DNA of 64,000 nucleotides from Candidatus Poribacteria bacterium (GTDB lineage Bacteria; Poribacteria; WGA-4E; WGA-3G). The notes under the pieces were generated by a model. That model did not search any database and had not been told where the DNA came from. It worked only from the letters and a program-made list of their open reading frames with translations. Shown in pieces: positions 59,719-64,000 of the stretch; position 1 is the first letter of the stretch; each line of letters opens with the position of its first letter. Location of the stretch: contig CBDBFU010000020.1 of NCBI GenBank assembly GCA_965205025.1, positions 160,001 through 224,000 on the forward strand, in the 5' to 3' direction. The position numbers were made by a program, and so were the translations under genes.

Positions 59719-60447
59719 TTGAGGCACACTATGATACAACAGTTCTTTGAAACAGCAATTACTTTTCTATTTCCTGCTCAATGTAAAGTTTGTGAAATGG
59801 ATATTGGAATCGAATCAATACCATACCTATGCAAAGGTTGCTGGGATAGTTTAGATATTGTTACTCCACCTTGGTGTGAAATATGTGGTAAACATGATGT
59901 TGATGGTGTTTGTACTATGTGTGCGACTAACCCACCCCGCTATGGCAAACTAAGAACAGTTGCATTCTATGATGCCATACTTCAAAAGATTATTCATCTC
60001 TATAAATTTGAAAAGAGAAGAACTCTTGCCAAACACCTATCTTATATCATGGTTAAACACCGACCAAAGGATTGTGATTTCAATGAGTATGATTACATTC
60101 TCCCGATTCCATTGCATAAAAACAGATTACGTGAACGTGGATTTAACCAATCCGCTCTGATTGCACAAGGAATCAGTAATGAAGTAGGAATTGATATCTG
60201 TACAAATGCATTAGTCCGAAATAAGAATACATCCCCACAAAGCAGTTTAACCAGAGATGCGCGTCAAACCAATATAGTTGGTGCTTTTGGGATAAAGAAT
60301 AGGAATCTGATAAAAGGCAAGCGTATCCTAATCCTTGACGATGTTTTTACAACTGGTGCCACGGTGAATGAAGCAGTAAATATGTTGTGGAATGAAGATC
60401 CAGTGGAAATAGATGTGTTAACTTTGGCAAGGACAGTAAACCCATAA
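59719..60447 (+). CDS. comF: ComF family protein (double zinc ribbon plus phosphoribosyltransferase domain)
   Basis: Four CxxC pairs, PIPLH...RGFNQS and ILDDVFTTGAT. Confidence 0.9.
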   Translation: MRHTMIQQFFETAITFLFPAQCKVCEMDIGIESIPYLCKGCWDSLDIVTPPWCEICGKHDVDGVCTMCATNPPRYGKLRTVAFYDAILQKIIHLYKFEKRRTLAKHLSYIMVKHRPKDCDFNEYDYILPIPLHKNRLRERGFNQSALIAQGISNEVGIDICTNALVRNKNTSPQSSLTRDARQTNIVGAFGIKNRNLIKGKRILILDDVFTTGATVNEAVNMLWNEDPVEIDVLTLARTVNP

Positions 60448-60570
60448 ATGAAACCATTAACACGGTTGTTTCGTTTAGAATAGAAAGATTTATGTTAAAT
60501 ATACAATAATAAACCGTTAACTTTACGATTTTCTTCTTAGTATACGTTTTATTCTTGTGGAGGTTTCCTT

Positions 60571-63500
60571 TTGCACTTAAATAGCATAAAAATTAGTGGA
60601 TTCAAAAGTTTTGCAGAAACTGTTGAACTGATATTGGAACCTGGAATTACGACTATCGTAGGACCAAATGGATGTGGTAAGAGTAATGTATCAGATGCCA
60701 TTCGTTGGGTACTTGGTCAACAGAGTGCTCGGGCACTACGGTGTACGAATATGCGAGATCTACTTTTCAATGGTGGAACTAATTTTAAGCCTTCTGAGAG
60801 AGCAACTGTAGCCTTATCTTTCACGAATATTGATGAAAATATATCAATTGGATCCCCAGAAGTAGAAGTGCAAAGACAACTTTCCCGTGACGGTGAAAGC
60901 AGTTACCTTATCAATCAAACTCCATGCAGACTTCGTGACATCAGTGAGCTTTTTATGGATACAGGAGTTGGAGTAGACGCATACTCTGTAATGGAACAGA
61001 GTAAAATAGACCTGATTCTTAATGTCCGTGCTGATGAACGTAGATTCTTATTTGATGAGGTGGCAGGGATTACAAAATACAAGCATCGAAAAAAAGAAGC
61101 TATACGAAAATTAGAAGACGCCGAACAGAATTTGGTACGTATCAATGATGTAATTCAGGAATTACAACGTGAAACTGAATCTTTAAAAGCACAAGCTGAA
61201 CAGGCAATACATTACCAATCATTGCAAGAACAACTTCAAGAATTAGAACTGGGTTTAGCTTATCGTGATTATGAGAAAATGGAGACAGATTATCGGGAAA
61301 CACAAGAAAAATTACAAACCATTTTAGTTGAAGTCACTTCTGCCAATAATCAAATACAAGAAGCAGAAGAACGGATCGAGAATGCCTCAATTCGAAGATC
61401 TGAACTGGATACACAGATAGCAGAATCACAAGAGGAAATCAGAAACATTTCCGAACGACTTGAAAAAATAGAACGTCAGATAGTCTTACATAAAGAAAAA
61501 CAACTGAATATTCAGTCCCAAAGACAGAGAGCTGAACAGACACTTGAATCTCTAAAGACACAACAAGCTGGTTTACAATCTCAGAAGAGAGAAAGAATAC
61601 AAGAACAGAATAAACTATCTGCATCATTCAAAATAGAAGAGAGTAGATTTAATGCCCGAAAACAATTATTAGAGGAACTAACTACACGAATCGAAGATAC
61701 AAGAAAGTCTGTTGAAGAGCGGAAGACCATCTTACAAGATACCTCACTTGAACTATCAAAACGTGAGAATTTACGGGTAACTATAGATGAAAAATTATCC
61801 AATTCACAAAGTAATCTGGAACAATTACATGAAAATACAAATTCCACAAAAAATGAATTACAGTCATTTATTGATAAACGTGATGAGATCCAAAGAAATG
61901 CTACAAAGTTAGATGCCGAATTAATTAAAATTGAATCAGAGAAAAAAGAGGTTGAAACAAAACATAACGAAACACAAGATGCTCTTCGAAAGATTGATGC
62001 TGAATTACGCGGGTTACAGGATACTAAGGGTGTAAATGTCTCACGGTATAAATCTTTAGAACAGTTACATTCTGCCTATGAAGGTTATTACACTGGTGTA
62101 AGAGCCATTATGCAAGCAAAAGAACAGTATCCAGATCAGTTTGGAGGTATTTGTGGTGTCGTAGCTGAACTTATCAATACAGATAATGAATTTGAGATTG
62201 CTATAGAAGTTGCTCTTGGTAGTGCTATACAGAATGTTATCGTGGAAACTCGTGAAGATAGTAAGAATGGTATTAACTATCTCAAGAAGAATCGTGCAGG
62301 GATTGTAACTTTTATTCCACTTGACTATATCCAAGGTAGAAGATTTTCTGATGATTCACTTCTTGACCAACCAGGTGTAATAGGAATTGCAAGGGAATTA
62401 GTTGATTACGAAAATCAATATGACCGTGCTGTTCAACATCTTTTAGGAAACACACTTGTCATTGAAGATTTAGACGCAGCAATAGCATTGACTCGAAGAA
62501 GTAGACCCACAGCACGATTGGTAACGTTAGATGGTGAGTTATTCAATACCTATGGAACTATCACCGGAGGACACAACGAACAAAGAAAGACTGGTTTACT
62601 TAATCGTTCACGGGAATTAGATGTTTTAAAAGAAAAGATTGGAGAAATTACAAAACTTTTTAATCAGAAGGATCAATTGAGTAAGTCATACGCTGCAATA
62701 ATTGCTGAAACTCATCAAAAAAGGCAACACCTTGTCGTTGAGGTACAAAACAAACAAATCGAGAAAGCAGGACTTTTAAAAGATATCGATCAAGAAAATC
62801 AGAACATTGAACGTTTGGAAATAGCACTCACAAAGATTCAATCTGAGAATCAAGTACTCCAAGAATCAGTTGATCTTTCCCGCGAAGAACAGAAACAGCT
62901 TGAAATAGAAATTGAAGAATTATCAAAGAAAAAAACACAAACCGAGAGATCTATAAAGACAGTTTCAGAACAAATTAAAAGTGAAATGCGTAAGCATGAT
63001 GAAATGGAATCCCTCTGTCGTGAAAGAGAAATATTCCTTGCTGAACAACGGATAAAGTTGGATAACTTAGAATCTGATATACAGTCATTCGACGATAGAC
63101 ATCTCCAGATAGACAAAGATATACAGGAACAACAATCAATTATTGATTCTGATGACCAATCTAAGAGTGATATTGCTGAACAAATTGAAGAAGCACAACG
63201 TTCATTCCTAAGTATTGGTGCAGATCGAGCAGAGGCTGAAGGTAAGTATGATGAGTTGACTGAAGAACGAGAATCTCTGTTAACTGAAATAGAATCTATA
63301 CAACAAGATATACGTAAAAATCGCAAACAAACTGAAAGGCAAAATAACTCCCGGCGTCAACTTGAAATTAAGACTACCCAATTGGAGATGCAGTTAAAGT
63401 CTATTTCAAAACGCATAATGGATAAATATCAGGTTTCTATTGATGAGATTATAAGACCTACCACTGAAAATGATACTGTCGAATCTTGTGAAGAATCTCC

Positions 63501-64000
63501 CGATACTAACAATACTGAACTCAATGAAATAGATTTAATGGATAAAATTGAGAAACTTAAGGCTGATATATCGGCAATTGGTTCGGTTAACCTAAAGGCT
63601 ATTGAAGCACATGAAGAACATCAAAAACGATTAGACTTTCTTGAATCACAACGCGCAGATGTTCAGCAATCAATCCAATCTACTTATCAAGCAATTCAGA
63701 AGATAAATGAGACCTCACGTGATGTTTTTCTTGAATCATTTCATCAAGTACAAACGAACTTCCAGGAAGTATTTAATCAGTTATTTGAAGGTGGTGAAGC
63801 TGAATTACAATTGACAGATGAAACAAATATACTGGAATCTGGAATTGAGATAATCGCACGTCCTCCCGGAAAACGTCCTCAGAGTATTACACAACTATCA
63901 GGTGGAGAACGATCTTTGGTTGCCATAGGACTACTGTTTGCTGTCTTCAAACTTAAACCCAGTCCATTCTGTGTACTTGACGAAGTCGATGCAGCCCTTG
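60571..64000 (+). CDS. smc: Chromosome segregation protein SMC, partial (runs off the right edge)
   Basis: Not in the ORF track. TTG at 60571 after GGAGGT, then GFKSFA, Walker [10 protein letters not shown], coiled coils, hinge (ITGG), LSGGE and Walker [12 protein letters not shown], all in one frame. Confidence 0.97.
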   Translation, partial: MHLNSIKISGFKSFAETVELILEPGITTIVGPNGCGKSNVSDAIRWVLGQQSARALRCTNMRDLLFNGGTNFKPSERATVALSFTNIDENISIGSPEVEVQRQLSRDGESSYLINQTPCRLRDISELFMDTGVGVDAYSVMEQSKIDLILNVRADERRFLFDEVAGITKYKHRKKEAIRKLEDAEQNLVRINDVIQELQRETESLKAQAEQAIHYQSLQEQLQELELGLAYRDYEKMETDYRETQEKLQTILVEVTSANNQIQEAEERIENASIRRSELDTQIAESQEEIRNISERLEKIERQIVLHKEKQLNIQSQRQRAEQTLESLKTQQAGLQSQKRERIQEQNKLSASFKIEESRFNARKQLLEELTTRIEDTRKSVEERKTILQDTSLELSKRENLRVTIDEKLSNSQSNLEQLHENTNSTKNELQSFIDKRDEIQRNATKLDAELIKIESEKKEVETKHNETQDALRKIDAELRGLQDTKGVNVSRYKSLEQLHSAYEGYYTGVRAIMQAKEQYPDQFGGICGVVAELINTDNEFEIAIEVALGSAIQNVIVETREDSKNGINYLKKNRAGIVTFIPLDYIQGRRFSDDSLLDQPGVIGIARELVDYENQYDRAVQHLLGNTLVIEDLDAAIALTRRSRPTARLVTLDGELFNTYGTITGGHNEQRKTGLLNRSRELDVLKEKIGEITKLFNQKDQLSKSYAAIIAETHQKRQHLVVEVQNKQIEKAGLLKDIDQENQNIERLEIALTKIQSENQVLQESVDLSREEQKQLEIEIEELSKKKTQTERSIKTVSEQIKSEMRKHDEMESLCREREIFLAEQRIKLDNLESDIQSFDDRHLQIDKDIQEQQSIIDSDDQSKSDIAEQIEEAQRSFLSIGADRAEAEGKYDELTEERESLLTEIESIQQDIRKNRKQTERQNNSRRQLEIKTTQLEMQLKSISKRIMDKYQVSIDEIIRPTTENDTVESCEESPDTNNTELNEIDLMDKIEKLKADISAIGSVNLKAIEAHEEHQKRLDFLESQRADVQQSIQSTYQAIQKINETSRDVFLESFHQVQTNFQEVFNQLFEGGEAELQLTDETNILESGIEIIARPPGKRPQSITQLSGGERSLVAIGLLFAVFKLKPSPFCVLDEVDAAL

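Noticed and set aside
60915-63326. Five minus-strand ORFs in the track
   Set aside because: Antisense shadows of the plus-strand smc frame, which the track missed because it has no stop inside the window.

Overview
AT-rich bacterial chromosomal window that is mostly housekeeping genes. It carries aroK-aroB, two incomplete ABC-transporter sets, glpD and a full minus-strand division/cell-wall cluster (rsmH-ftsL-ftsI-murE-[alpha/beta hydrolase]-murF-ddl-mraY-murD-ftsW-murG-murC-ftsQ-ftsA-ftsZ). Further on are nadD-yacG-yqeK-rsfS, a PP2C phosphatase, msrA, comF and a 3'-truncated smc that the ORF track missed. Two LamG proteins with a shared 'K-x-TTTWG-x-IK' tail, two PhyH dioxygenases and a TPR/CRTAC1 pair suggest Candidatus Poribacteria; this is inferred from family content and was not checked. 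The most interesting items are: (1) an uncharacterised three-gene membrane module at the left edge (Fn3+DUF6754-like protein, multi-TM protein, TM-anchored alpha/beta protein); (2) the shared C-terminal tail on secreted LamG proteins, a candidate sorting signal; (3) a hydrolase/membrane-anchored MurF/Ddl cassette inside the dcw cluster; (4) two non-coding MITE-like elements with the same terminal inverted repeats, each carrying a GTAG-headed REP-like sequence; (5) an NTT/TLC-like nucleotide transporter. Frameshifts in ftsI, rsmH and nadD cluster within about 3.3 kb and look like homopolymer sequencing errors. I saw no rRNA, tRNA or CRISPR array. All family assignments come from motif recognition by eye, with no database searches.
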